32,000 nucleotides of DNA, from NCBI RefSeq assembly GCF_000981785.2, contig NZ_CP011304.1:3150001-3182000 (forward strand), in the 5' to 3' direction. Under the pieces are notes generated by a model. The model searched no databases and was not told the origin of the DNA. It saw only the letters and a list, made by a program, of their open reading frames with translations. Positions within the stretch are counted from its first letter, which is position 1; every line of letters starts with the position of its first letter. This DNA comes from Microcystis aeruginosa NIES-2549 (GTDB lineage: Bacteria; Cyanobacteriota; Cyanobacteriia; Cyanobacteriales; Microcystaceae). Made by a program: the position numbers and the translations under genes. Below, one piece after another: positions 1-8,374 of this stretch.

Positions 1-1840
1 CCTGAATTTGACTTGGGAGAATATTCCAATTAATCTGTCCATGACAGCTATTACTGCCCAAATTAACCCCGACTTTGACGATTTTGCTGCGGCGATCTTT
101 CCCCTCGGTTAATAGGAGTTTTAACACCCGTTGTACCCAAAGATCGGCATATCTTTGCAGGGGGGAGAGACAGTGGGTATAATTGCTAGGATAGGCCAAA
201 CCAAAATGGGGTAGAGGATGGCTGCTATATCTAACTAATTTGAGAGTTTCTTGCAGGAGATAATTGAGGACTTTCACCGATGAGGAAGCGGAAAAAGTGC
301 GGGTGAGATTTTGATAGTCATTGGGTTTAATCTCCTCCTCGGCAGTTAAATTTAATTCTGCCCCTAAATTATTGGCTAATTTGAGTAAATCCTCCAATTC
401 ATCCCAATCCGGTTCCGATTGTCCGCAGTAGATACAGGGCAAGTGTAAAGCTTGCAAATGTTCAGCGACGACTTTGCCGGCTAAAATTGCCACTTCTGTC
501 AGTAAAGAACGGGCTGGTAAATTATTAGAAGCGAGAACAGTCCCCCCCCGTCCTTCGTCTTTATAGGGAGAGATTTTGTCTAATTGAATATCAAAACTAC
601 CCCGCTGCAGACGTTGGGATTTTAGGGTGGGGCAAACGCTAAAAAATAAATCTTTCAGGGTTTCAACGGTATCAGTGGGGGCAGCTTCGCTATCTTCTTC
701 ACTGAGCAGATCGCGCACCTGTTGATAGGTAAAATGTTGATCCACTTGGATGAGGCTGCGGGTGATTTCGTACTCCATTAGATCACCCTTGTCATCGAGG
801 GTGACGAGGATAGAGATAGCGGGGCGCTGTTCTTGCGGTGACAGGGAACAACGACTGGTAACGGCAGCCGGGACTAATGGCAGCACTTTTTCGCCTAAAT
901 AGACGGCAGTTCCCCGTTTTTTGGCAACTTTATCCAATAATCCACCCCGTTCAATGTAACGGACTACATCGCTGATATGAATGGCGACTCGCCAGCGATT
1001 TTGGTTGATTTTCTCCAAGGAAAAGGCATTTTCGATGATTGGGGGATAATCCAGGGGGGTGTCATCTTCGATGGTAAAGGTGAAGAGTTGGGTTAAATCT
1101 CGCAGTTGTTCTTTTTCGCCACTATCGAAGAAATCCGCTAAATTATCGGCAATTTCTAGGGCTTCTGGCGGAAAATTATGGGGTAGATCGTGTTTACAGG
1201 AGACGATATCCGTGTCGGCAGCGGCCTCGGCCGTGGAACCGAGAATGCGAGTAACTTTGCCGATGGGAGGCATTTCCCCTAGGGGATAACGGAGGACGGA
1301 AACATGAACGAGGTGATCGATGTTTTCTAGGAGATTTTGACCATTTTCGAGGAGATTAAGGGTAAATTTCAGACGATCATCGAGGGGAACCGCCACAAAC
1401 TGCTCATTTTCCTGTTTTACTTGCGCTAGAAGCGAAGGATTAGCTCGTTCGAGAATTAATCTCACCTCTCCTTCCGGGGAACGACGACGGGTCCCCTCGC
1501 GGATGATTTTGACTAAAACTCGATCGCCATTCCAAGCGTTACTGAGATGATTTTTCGAGACGTAGATGTCATCAGCATCTTCGATATCTTGGATAGCAAA
1601 GCAAAATTCTTTACTGGAACAGCGCAGCTTTGCTTCTACGATATTTTCCTCGATCACGCGACGATAGCGCCCGCGTTCTTTGACAACCATTCCCAGACGT
1701 TCCAAAGCATCGAGAATCACTTGCAATTTTTCGCAGCTTTCGGGATCGTCTTCGCAGCCTAGTTTTTTTTCGAGAATTTTACCCGTAGCTAATTTATCAT
1801 CACTAAGATGAGAGAGGAGTGTGGCGATCGAGAAGTCCAT
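1..1840 (-). CDS. RNase II / RNase R family 3'-5' exoribonuclease, partial (N-terminal ~613 codons; the C-terminus lies beyond the window start)
   Basis: It is absent from the ORF track because it runs off the window edge. The reverse-strand ATG at 1840 gives MDFSIATLLSHLSDDKLATGKILEKKLG... I checked by hand that this frame has no stop over positions 1-290. The translation of ~900-1020 reads LEKINQNRWRVAIHISDVVRYIERGGLLDKVAKKRGTAVY, which matches the RNB catalytic-domain pattern HI(A/S)DV...RGT(S/A)VY. Confidence 0.8.
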   Translation of the reverse strand, partial: MDFSIATLLSHLSDDKLATGKILEKKLGCEDDPESCEKLQVILDALERLGMVVKERGRYRRVIEENIVEAKLRCSSKEFCFAIQDIEDADDIYVSKNHLSNAWNGDRVLVKIIREGTRRRSPEGEVRLILERANPSLLAQVKQENEQFVAVPLDDRLKFTLNLLENGQNLLENIDHLVHVSVLRYPLGEMPPIGKVTRILGSTAEAAADTDIVSCKHDLPHNFPPEALEIADNLADFFDSGEKEQLRDLTQLFTFTIEDDTPLDYPPIIENAFSLEKINQNRWRVAIHISDVVRYIERGGLLDKVAKKRGTAVYLGEKVLPLVPAAVTSRCSLSPQEQRPAISILVTLDDKGDLMEYEITRSLIQVDQHFTYQQVRDLLSEEDSEAAPTDTVETLKDLFFSVCPTLKSQRLQRGSFDIQLDKISPYKDEGRGGTVLASNNLPARSLLTEVAILAGKVVAEHLQALHLPCIYCGQSEPDWDELEDLLKLANNLGAELNLTAEEEIKPNDYQNLTRTFSASSSVKVLNYLLQETLKLVRYSSHPLPHFGLAYPSNYTHCLSPLQRYADLWVQRVLKLLLTEGKDRRSKIVKVGVNLGSNSCHGQINWNILPSQIQ

Positions 1841-2260
1841 CTGACAATAATCCTTACTTACAAGACACTGACGGAATCGTGAATAATTAAGTTTAAATAC
1901 TTAATAATGAGAAGGTGGATTGAAACCATTGACTCCAGAGATTATCTCTATCGGGGTAATTGCGATCGCTGGTGGTGACAGTGAGGGTAAACTGACCAAG
2001 CATCAAACACCCGAACCTACCCTGAGCATTATCGAAGCCTTCGTTAGTATAAGCCAATAGCGAACACCGGCAATTTTTTGGCGATCGCTAGTCTTTCTGG
2101 CGGAAGCTTCAGCCTAGTAGAATCTTGTTACTGTGGGCAAGGCTAATCCTAGGACTGAAAATTTTATCTAACCTTTAATCTTAGCAAGAACTTGCTACAT
2201 TTTTCCATAATTACGATAGAGTATTCTCATATAAGTACAAAAGAACTCGAAAAAGTCACC

Positions 2261-3082
2261 ATGTTGCAAAAGTTACGCCAACGTTACCCCCAAGTTGCCC
2301 TGATTAGTGAGTTAGTTCAAATCGATCACGGCAAGTATATTGTGAAAGCGAGCGTCGAAATTGAGGGAAAAACGGTCGTTACAGGTTTAGCGGCAGCAGA
2401 TACGGTGGAAATCGCCGAAGATAGAGCCAGAGAACGAGCTTTACTGCTTTTAGAGGCTGAAAGCTCTCCCGATCTCCAGCCTGTGGACAAAGTCAGCCCC
2501 AATAATATTTCTCTACCGTCCGATTTACCTAAACCCGTCGCTAGTGCCAAAAAATCGACCAAAACGGCTAAAGTCACTGAAATACCTCGTCCTGAAGCTA
2601 AAATTGAACCGGAATTACCCCCAGTTAAGGATATTCCCCCGGCTAAAATTGAACCGGAATTACCCCAAGTTGAGGATATTCCCCCGGCTAAAATTGAACC
2701 GGAATTACCCCAAGTTGAGGATATTCCCCCGGCTAAAATTGAACCGGAATTACCCCAAGTTGAGGATATTCCTTTACCAGAACCAGAGCCTTTATTATTA
2801 GAAATGGAAACCGATAATTACTCCTTATTATCAGAATTGCCAGAAGAAGCGAGTTTAACTGAAGAAGAACCCCCAGCACCAGAACCAGTTGTTGTTATTC
2901 CCGAAGAAATCGATTATTCAGTCCTTAAAACTAAAATTGATGTGGAGATGAAACGATTAGCTTGGACTACAGAAAAAGGTCGGGAATACCTGATTTCTAC
3001 CTATGGCAAAAAGTCCCGTTTACTACTAACTAACGAGGAGTTATTAGAATTCTATAACTACTTATCTAGTATCAGTGTCTGA
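2261..3082 (+). CDS. Hypothetical protein with a Pro/Glu-rich tandem-repeat linker between conserved-looking N- and C-terminal domains
   Basis: This is the ORF-track frame 2192..3082. I prefer the first ATG at 2261 (MLQKLRQRYPQVALISELVQIDHGKY...), because the 2192 start is a TTG. The central region repeats PAKIEPELPQVEDIP about four times. I did not recognise a family. Confidence 0.55.
   Translation: MLQKLRQRYPQVALISELVQIDHGKYIVKASVEIEGKTVVTGLAAADTVEIAEDRARERALLLLEAESSPDLQPVDKVSPNNISLPSDLPKPVASAKKSTKTAKVTEIPRPEAKIEPELPPVKDIPPAKIEPELPQVEDIPPAKIEPELPQVEDIPPAKIEPELPQVEDIPLPEPEPLLLEMETDNYSLLSELPEEASLTEEEPPAPEPVVVIPEEIDYSVLKTKIDVEMKRLAWTTEKGREYLISTYGKKSRLLLTNEELLEFYNYLSSISV
2597..2776 (+). repeat. 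In-frame 45-bp tandem repeat, 4 copies (gctaaaattgaaccggaattaccccaagttgaggatattcccccg)
   Basis: Direct reading gives units at 2597-2641, 2642-2686, 2687-2731 and 2732-2776. Units 2 and 3 are identical, and units 1 and 4 differ by a few bases. Confidence 0.9.
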
Positions 3083-3086
3083 GTAA

Positions 3087-3305
3087 TTAGGGTTTGCTGA
3101 AAAAGTTTCTAGTGGGGGCAGGGTGTGGGGTGTGGGGTGTAGGGTGTAGGGTTGTACCCATTTTCATCTGGTAAATTCCCTAATTTTCAGGGAAAAAGTC
3201 CCTAAATTTTCCCCCCGATCCCTCCAATGGCTGGCACTTTTTGATTGACAAAAAGTCTAAAATTATTACCCAACAAGGTTTTTAGATTTATTCAGCAACA
3301 CCTAA
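3087..3305. mobile_element. MITE-like non-autonomous element, copy 1 (about 219 bp)
   Basis: The termini are TTAGGGTTTGCTGAAAAAGTTT and, reverse-complemented, TTAGGTGTTGCTGAATAAATCT, which form imperfect terminal inverted repeats. Inside is a (GGTGTRG)n array at 3121-3152. The whole element recurs in inverted orientation at 28090-28287. It contains no ORF. Confidence 0.6.
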
Positions 3306-3570
3306 TTATTAGTCAGCAGTTAGCTGTCAGCTTTTGAATGCTAGAAACCCATTAACTTGAGAGGGCATATCATATTTTCAAATCTATAAGTTGAGATTTC
3401 CCGATAGCAACTATATTCTAAGCTGTTGACTATCTAAATTGCTCGTTAAGAATGCACCAGAGTGCCGGAGTTGGGAGCAGGGAGAGGAAGTTTGAGCATT
3501 TGTACTAAAATTTCCAATAAGCAGTTTAAATTCAGTACAGCTTAGAATCGGGGGATATTTCTAATTTTTT

Positions 3571-3626
3571 CACTCAATCCCAACTTTTGGGGGTAGATAC
3601 CCCAAACCCTAGCCCGTTGGGGGGGG
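3571..3626. repeat. Dispersed repeat module (cactcaatcc-aa-cttttgggggt..accccaaaccc..ccgttggggg)
   Basis: The same ~50-nt module recurs at 16211-16262. It contains a G-run/C-run hairpin. Confidence 0.55.
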
Positions 3627-3800
3627 ACGCGACTGGACGGCCTGTGTACGCAGTTTCAGATAGCCGTGGCGTATTTTGACAAGATGATCATTCTGGCTTA
3701 ATACATACTAGATTTTTGGGAAAGAATCGAGCATTTAAGAGTTGACTAATTTAGGAACTGTGGATATAATCTTAACCCAAAGACTGTGGGTTATTTTTCC

Positions 3801-4826
3801 ATGAAGCGGATTGTCGGTTTAGATTCACTAAGAGCTATGGCTGCCCTCTGGGTAATGATAGGCCATGGTGCTGTACCACCAATTACTGCTGGCCATGATG
3901 AATCTTCGTTTTTTCCTTGGGCTTTGAATGGAATATACGGAGGCTCTTTTAGCGGTCCGGCTGCTGTTATTGTATTTTTCGTTATTTCTGGGTTTTGCGT
4001 ACATTATCCATATTCCTGCCACAAAAAATTTAACTTGGGTGAATTTTTTGTGAGACGTTATCTAAGAATTCTGCTACCTATGGCTGCGGCAATTTTAATT
4101 ATTCGAGCAGTAGGATATATTCCTTGGGATAGTCCGAGGCTTCTTTCAGGCATTCCTGGATGGTCTCTAGTGGCTGAATTGATCTACTATTCCTTGTACC
4201 CTCTTTTGGTTATTATTGGGCAACGGGTTAAATGGATTAATTTATTTTATATAACCTTTATCATCGGTATTTTCTTTGCCTTCACAGTTCCTATCAATAA
4301 TATAAATTATCCAGCCTGGGGCTACCGAGGGGACTGGATTCTTGGATTACCCTGTTGGCTCTTGGGCATTTTGCTGGCGGAATCTTTGAAAAATCCACTG
4401 CCTAACCCGACTTCTTCTAGTATTTGGACTTGGAGAATAGGAGCGATTATTCTAGGTTCTATTACCCGTAATTTGGCTTTTCAAAGGATTATTGGTAATC
4501 ATCTGACACTAAATTTCTTCGCTATATACGTTTTCTTTTGGCTATTGCGTGAAGTCAGTTATTACAATAAACAAGAGAATAAACCTCTAGCTTTTTTAGA
4601 ATGGGCTGGACTATGGAGTTATTCTCTTTTTCTTATTCATCCTCTGGCTTTTTATCTATTCAAGTCCATGCAATTACCTAGTTTTGGTTATATGGTCGAT
4701 TGGTTTCTGAAATTTAACTTTGTACTCCTTCTGAGCATTGCCTTTTATTTTGCTGTGGAAAAACCATCTCATCTGCTTTCCAGAAGGATTGGTCAAATGC
4801 TCACTATTAGTCCATCTCAATCTTAA
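3801..4826 (+). CDS. Acyltransferase family 3 (OafA/YrhL-like) integral membrane protein
   Basis: The N-terminus MKRIVGLDSLRAMAALWVMIGHG is typical of acyltransferase_3 proteins, and the rest is multi-span hydrophobic sequence. I chose the ATG at 3801 over the upstream in-frame GTG at 3786. Confidence 0.7.
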   Translation: MKRIVGLDSLRAMAALWVMIGHGAVPPITAGHDESSFFPWALNGIYGGSFSGPAAVIVFFVISGFCVHYPYSCHKKFNLGEFFVRRYLRILLPMAAAILIIRAVGYIPWDSPRLLSGIPGWSLVAELIYYSLYPLLVIIGQRVKWINLFYITFIIGIFFAFTVPINNINYPAWGYRGDWILGLPCWLLGILLAESLKNPLPNPTSSSIWTWRIGAIILGSITRNLAFQRIIGNHLTLNFFAIYVFFWLLREVSYYNKQENKPLAFLEWAGLWSYSLFLIHPLAFYLFKSMQLPSFGYMVDWFLKFNFVLLLSIAFYFAVEKPSHLLSRRIGQMLTISPSQS

Positions 4827-5015
4827 TCTGGACTTCAGTTAGTTTAGGGTAATTTTGTCATTACCTTCGGGAAATAATAGGGCTGACCTACTAATACCCC
4901 ATCAGGATTTTAGGTTATATTCATGTTGAGGTAAATGCGCCTAATAAAACCAACTTGCCACCTAGACAAAGGGGAAGTTTGTACTGGGGTTGTTAAACCC
5001 AACATGATATTATCC

Positions 5016-6212
5016 CTAATTTCTCACAGCTTCTGTTTCCGCTTCTTTGGGAACAACCACTGGCAATCCGCTGACCGTTTCAATTTGATAAATAACGCGA
5101 CTTAATTGGGAGGGACAACAGAGAGGATCCGTGTCTTTATAGCGATTAAAAACTACAATAATTCGATCGCTATTTTGTAAAACAATTCTCTGAGATGCCC
5201 CATCAGCGCGAGAATCCATCGGTCGCGGGGAAAGAGTGCCAGCAAATTTACCATCAACAAAAACAAAGTCTTGATAACCCATCGGTCGGCACATTCCATC
5301 CACTCCACTCATGGCCGAAATAACGCTAGTTTTGCCATAGGTTTGCACGGCCCCGTAGAGTAACCATCCTGCTTTATTAAGTGCTTGATCATTGGCAGTA
5401 ATTGCCGGCCGAACCTGTTCACGACACTGGTTATCGATCACGGTTTTAACGGGAGATTTGGGGATAGATGCCTTGGCTTTATTCCAATTAGTTAACGGTC
5501 GATCAAACCAAGCTCGCGGAGTCTCTTTTTCTGGGGTTTGGCTAATAACTTCTAATAGCTTCCATGTCTCCGAACTTTGATTATTAGCTGGATTGGAGAC
5601 GGTTTCAACACTAACTTTAATTTGATATAAAAATCCTGGTTTATAATCAAATCCCTCGATACTATTGGCGAACAATCTCCAGTTTTCCTCTGGTTTTTCT
5701 CGCATCTGTAAACAGTCTTTGGTTGTGCCTTGGCTGCAGGGTTGTTTCCGAGAATTGATATAAATTGTCCTTTCCGTGCGCGTGGTGGTCGGTGCGGGGG
5801 TAAAAGTGAGTATTCCTAAACCTTCGGGAGTACGATAAAATAATTGTAAATCGCCTTTAGCTGTCACTTGGAATTGTTCCACTCCTTGCAGGGCGGCCAG
5901 ATATTGATTTTCTTGTTTCATCTGCGGTTCTGGACAAGCTTTTTTCGTAGTAGCGATCGCTTGGTTAACCTTGAGCGTGTCATCATTGACTTGATAGCCG
6001 GTATTATACTGGTTGCATCCAGCCGAACCACTGAGGATATTTTTCTGGAAAGCGGCAGTAATTTCCGTTTCTTTCACCAAACTTCCGGCTGTCCACCCCC
6101 TTAGTTTCCATCGAGTCCCCTCCAAAGGGGAAGTATTAGCGATCGCCGCTTTCCCCGCTAAAGCACAACTGAGGGCAATTGTCAAGAAAATTACCGTTTT
6201 TTTGGCGTTCAA
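5016..6212 (-). CDS. Secreted META (HslJ-like) domain protein with DUF4377-like and C-terminal domains
   Basis: The segment LEGTRWKLRGW...SGSAGCNQYNTGYQV...L is META-domain-like. A signal-peptide-like N-terminus is present. I prefer the TTG at 6212 (MNAKKTVIFLTIALSCALAG...), which has GAGGAG about 9 nt upstream. The ORF track starts at the TTG at 6233. Confidence 0.65.
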   Translation of the reverse strand: MNAKKTVIFLTIALSCALAGKAAIANTSPLEGTRWKLRGWTAGSLVKETEITAAFQKNILSGSAGCNQYNTGYQVNDDTLKVNQAIATTKKACPEPQMKQENQYLAALQGVEQFQVTAKGDLQLFYRTPEGLGILTFTPAPTTTRTERTIYINSRKQPCSQGTTKDCLQMREKPEENWRLFANSIEGFDYKPGFLYQIKVSVETVSNPANNQSSETWKLLEVISQTPEKETPRAWFDRPLTNWNKAKASIPKSPVKTVIDNQCREQVRPAITANDQALNKAGWLLYGAVQTYGKTSVISAMSGVDGMCRPMGYQDFVFVDGKFAGTLSPRPMDSRADGASQRIVLQNSDRIIVVFNRYKDTDPLCCPSQLSRVIYQIETVSGLPVVVPKEAETEAVRN

Positions 6213-6828
6213 AATTGCTATTCTCCTCGTCAAAGCAACAATTCTATTATGGCGTAGGGTAATCGAATGAGTGGTTAGGATAATTTTTAGGATTTCTCTT
6301 GCTGACCATGCCGTGACGGATTAAGAGAGAATAAGTTCCCGCAAACCTTAACCCAGTCAGAAAGTCATCGTTGTCATCGGAAATTTTGGGTCTGAAACCC
6401 CGCCGTTCTAGGTTGGCTTTACGTTAGAATTAAAAGGCCAGTCTCGAAAACCAAGTGGACGGCGCAGCACCTTGAAAACTCGGCTTAGGGGGTTCCGACC
6501 AGAAAAGCTTGGCCGGGTAAAAAGTCGCGCGCAACAAGTACAAGAAGCTATAGGCGGTCAACGTACCGTGGGACACACGGAATCGGGCTTCTGAAATGGG
6601 GCGAAAGTCTGTGGACTCTGTGTAAGACAGTACATGGTTTTTTAACTGTGGTATGCGACGGTGGTGGAAGCAGAAACTTAAATCGTGAGGTTTAGGAATC
6701 GCCGCACTTTTAGGGCGGCGAGGATGTCAATAATCACTTTTTGCCCTCAAATGGCCAAAAGTTGACCCCGGTTCACCTTAAGCAGTACAATAAAAACCTT
6801 GAGTGACCCCTTAAACAAAAAAAACATT

Positions 6829-7173
6829 ATGGCACAAGGACAAGGATTCGGATTCGGTCTCGGTAAGATTAAAGAACTACAAGACGCTTTCCAAAAAGCG
6901 CAACAGGTGCAACAAGGGGCGAAAGTTCTGCAAGAAGAACTGGAAACTATGGAAATTCCTGGCCAGAGTGAAAATGGCTTGGTGACAGTCTATCTCAGTG
7001 GCAACCAAGAACCCCGGGGTATTGAAATCGATCCTGCTCTCCTCTCCCAAGAACCGGAGATTGTGGCCGAGTCTATTCTAGAAGCCATGAAGGCCGCCTA
7101 TACTGCTTCTACGGAAACCATGCGCGCCAAAATGGAAGAACTGACCAGTGGTTTAAATATCCCCAGTATGTAA
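6829..7173 (+). CDS. ybaB: YbaB/EbfC family nucleoid-associated DNA-binding protein
   Basis: The size (114 aa) and the sequence ...[56 protein letters not shown]... are typical of YbaB. I chose the ATG at 6829 over the TTG at 6799. Confidence 0.85.
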   Translation: MAQGQGFGFGLGKIKELQDAFQKAQQVQQGAKVLQEELETMEIPGQSENGLVTVYLSGNQEPRGIEIDPALLSQEPEIVAESILEAMKAAYTASTETMRAKMEELTSGLNIPSM

Positions 7174-7232
7174 TCGCTTTTGACCGCAATGGTAAAATGG
7201 AAAGTTGGACTAACAAGCGAGGAGGTTCAACT

Positions 7233-7955
7233 TTGCTGACTTTGGGTGTCAATATCGACCATGTGGCCACAATTCGCCAAGCTCGCCGCACCGTGGAACC
7301 AGATCCCGTGGCGGCGGCCGTTTTGGCCGAAATCGGCGGCGCTGATGGCATTACCGTTCACTTGCGCGAGGATCGTCGTCATATCCAAGACCGCGATGTG
7401 CGGCTCCTCCGGCAAACGGTGCGGACTCATCTGAATCTGGAAATGGCCCCGACGGAGGAAATGATCGCCATTGCTCTCGATATTAAACCCGATTATGTCA
7501 CCCTTGTCCCCGAAAAGCGCCAGGAAGTGACCACGGAAGGGGGGATCGATATGCTGGGCAATTTTGACCGTTTTTGTCGGGTTGTAGAGCGCCTGCAATC
7601 GGCTAATATCCCCGTTAGTTGGTTTATTGATGCCGATTTTGCCCAAATTCAAGCGGCCGCTAACACGGGGGCGAAATTTATCGAACTCCACACCGGTCAA
7701 TACGCCGACGCACAACAGGAGAGCGATCGTCAAGCGGAGTTAACAATTCTTAAAGAAGGTTGTGAATACGCTTCCTCTCTCGGTTTGCGGGTGAATGCCG
7801 GTCACGGTTTGACCTATTGGAATGTTTATGCCGTCGCCTGTTTGCCCAATATGGAAGAATTGAACATTGGTCACACAATTATCAGTCGTGCGGTTTTGGT
7901 CGGGTTAGAACGGGCTGTTAGGGAAATGAAATTGGCTATGCGTGGGGAATTGTAA
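7233..7955 (+). CDS. pdxJ: Pyridoxine 5'-phosphate synthase
   Basis: [55 protein letters not shown] is the canonical PdxJ N-terminus. The TTG at 7233 follows GAGGAGG and gives about 240 aa. The ATG at 7197 is an alternative start. Confidence 0.9.
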   Translation: MLTLGVNIDHVATIRQARRTVEPDPVAAAVLAEIGGADGITVHLREDRRHIQDRDVRLLRQTVRTHLNLEMAPTEEMIAIALDIKPDYVTLVPEKRQEVTTEGGIDMLGNFDRFCRVVERLQSANIPVSWFIDADFAQIQAAANTGAKFIELHTGQYADAQQESDRQAELTILKEGCEYASSLGLRVNAGHGLTYWNVYAVACLPNMEELNIGHTIISRAVLVGLERAVREMKLAMRGEL

Positions 7956-8022
7956 AAGCCATCAGCTATCAGCTAATCTCCCGACTAACGAACAATTACA
8001 CTGAAAAATTAAAGGAAAGATC

Positions 8023-8334
8023 ATGACAACTTATTATTATTTGGTAGCCAGTCAAAAGTTTTTAGAAGAAGAAGCGATCGAAAAGGAAGTTTTGAAGGAA
8101 AGAATCAGGAATTATCAAGAAAAAGGTCAAGAAATTGATTTTTGGTTAATTGCCAATCCAGCTTTTTTAGATACTCCCGCTTTTGCCGATATCAAAAAGA
8201 AAACTCCCCAACCGGCAGCGGCGATTGTTTCTCTCAATCAACAGTTTATTACTTGGCTAAAATTGCGTCTAGAATACGTTATTACAGGACAGTTTGAGGC
8301 TCCTTCCGATACTATTCCCGAACCGTTAAAATAA
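8023..8334 (+). CDS. ycf54: Ycf54-like protein (DUF2488; Mg-protoporphyrin monomethylester cyclase complex family)
   Basis: MTTYYYLVASQKFLEEEAIEKEVLKERIRNYQEKGQEIDFWLI...QFITWLKLRLEYVITGQFEAPS matches my recollection of the Ycf54/DUF2488 signature. This rests on memory and was not searched. Confidence 0.6.
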   Translation: MTTYYYLVASQKFLEEEAIEKEVLKERIRNYQEKGQEIDFWLIANPAFLDTPAFADIKKKTPQPAAAIVSLNQQFITWLKLRLEYVITGQFEAPSDTIPEPLK

Positions 8335-8374
8335 CCCTTTTGGACTGGGGCAAAAAATACAGACGAGGCAATCA

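Noticed and set aside
2326-2801. ORFs 2326..2577 (minus) and 2544..2801 (plus)
   Set aside because: These are alternative frames of the repeat-containing gene 2261..3082. The plus-strand ORF is simply the 45-bp repeat read out of frame.
3414-3550. Inverted repeat ttctaagctgt ... acagcttagaa about 105 nt apart, possibly another MITE
   Set aside because: The arms are only about 11 bp, and I saw no second copy in the window. It could be chance or a remnant, so I did not call it.
6271-6798. Candidate RNase P RNA, tmRNA, SRP RNA, or a ribosomal-protein-L34-like basic ORF
   Set aside because: Only loose resemblances exist: GAAAACTCGGCTTAGG versus the RNase P 3' motif, GGAAGCAG versus SRP helix 8, and a basic peptide with GFR. 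The order and spacing of the motifs are wrong, so I made no family assignment.
7227-7733. 168-aa minus-strand ORF, plus 7109..7351 and 7246..7434
   Set aside because: These are shadow frames inside or overlapping the well-supported pdxJ and ybaB genes.
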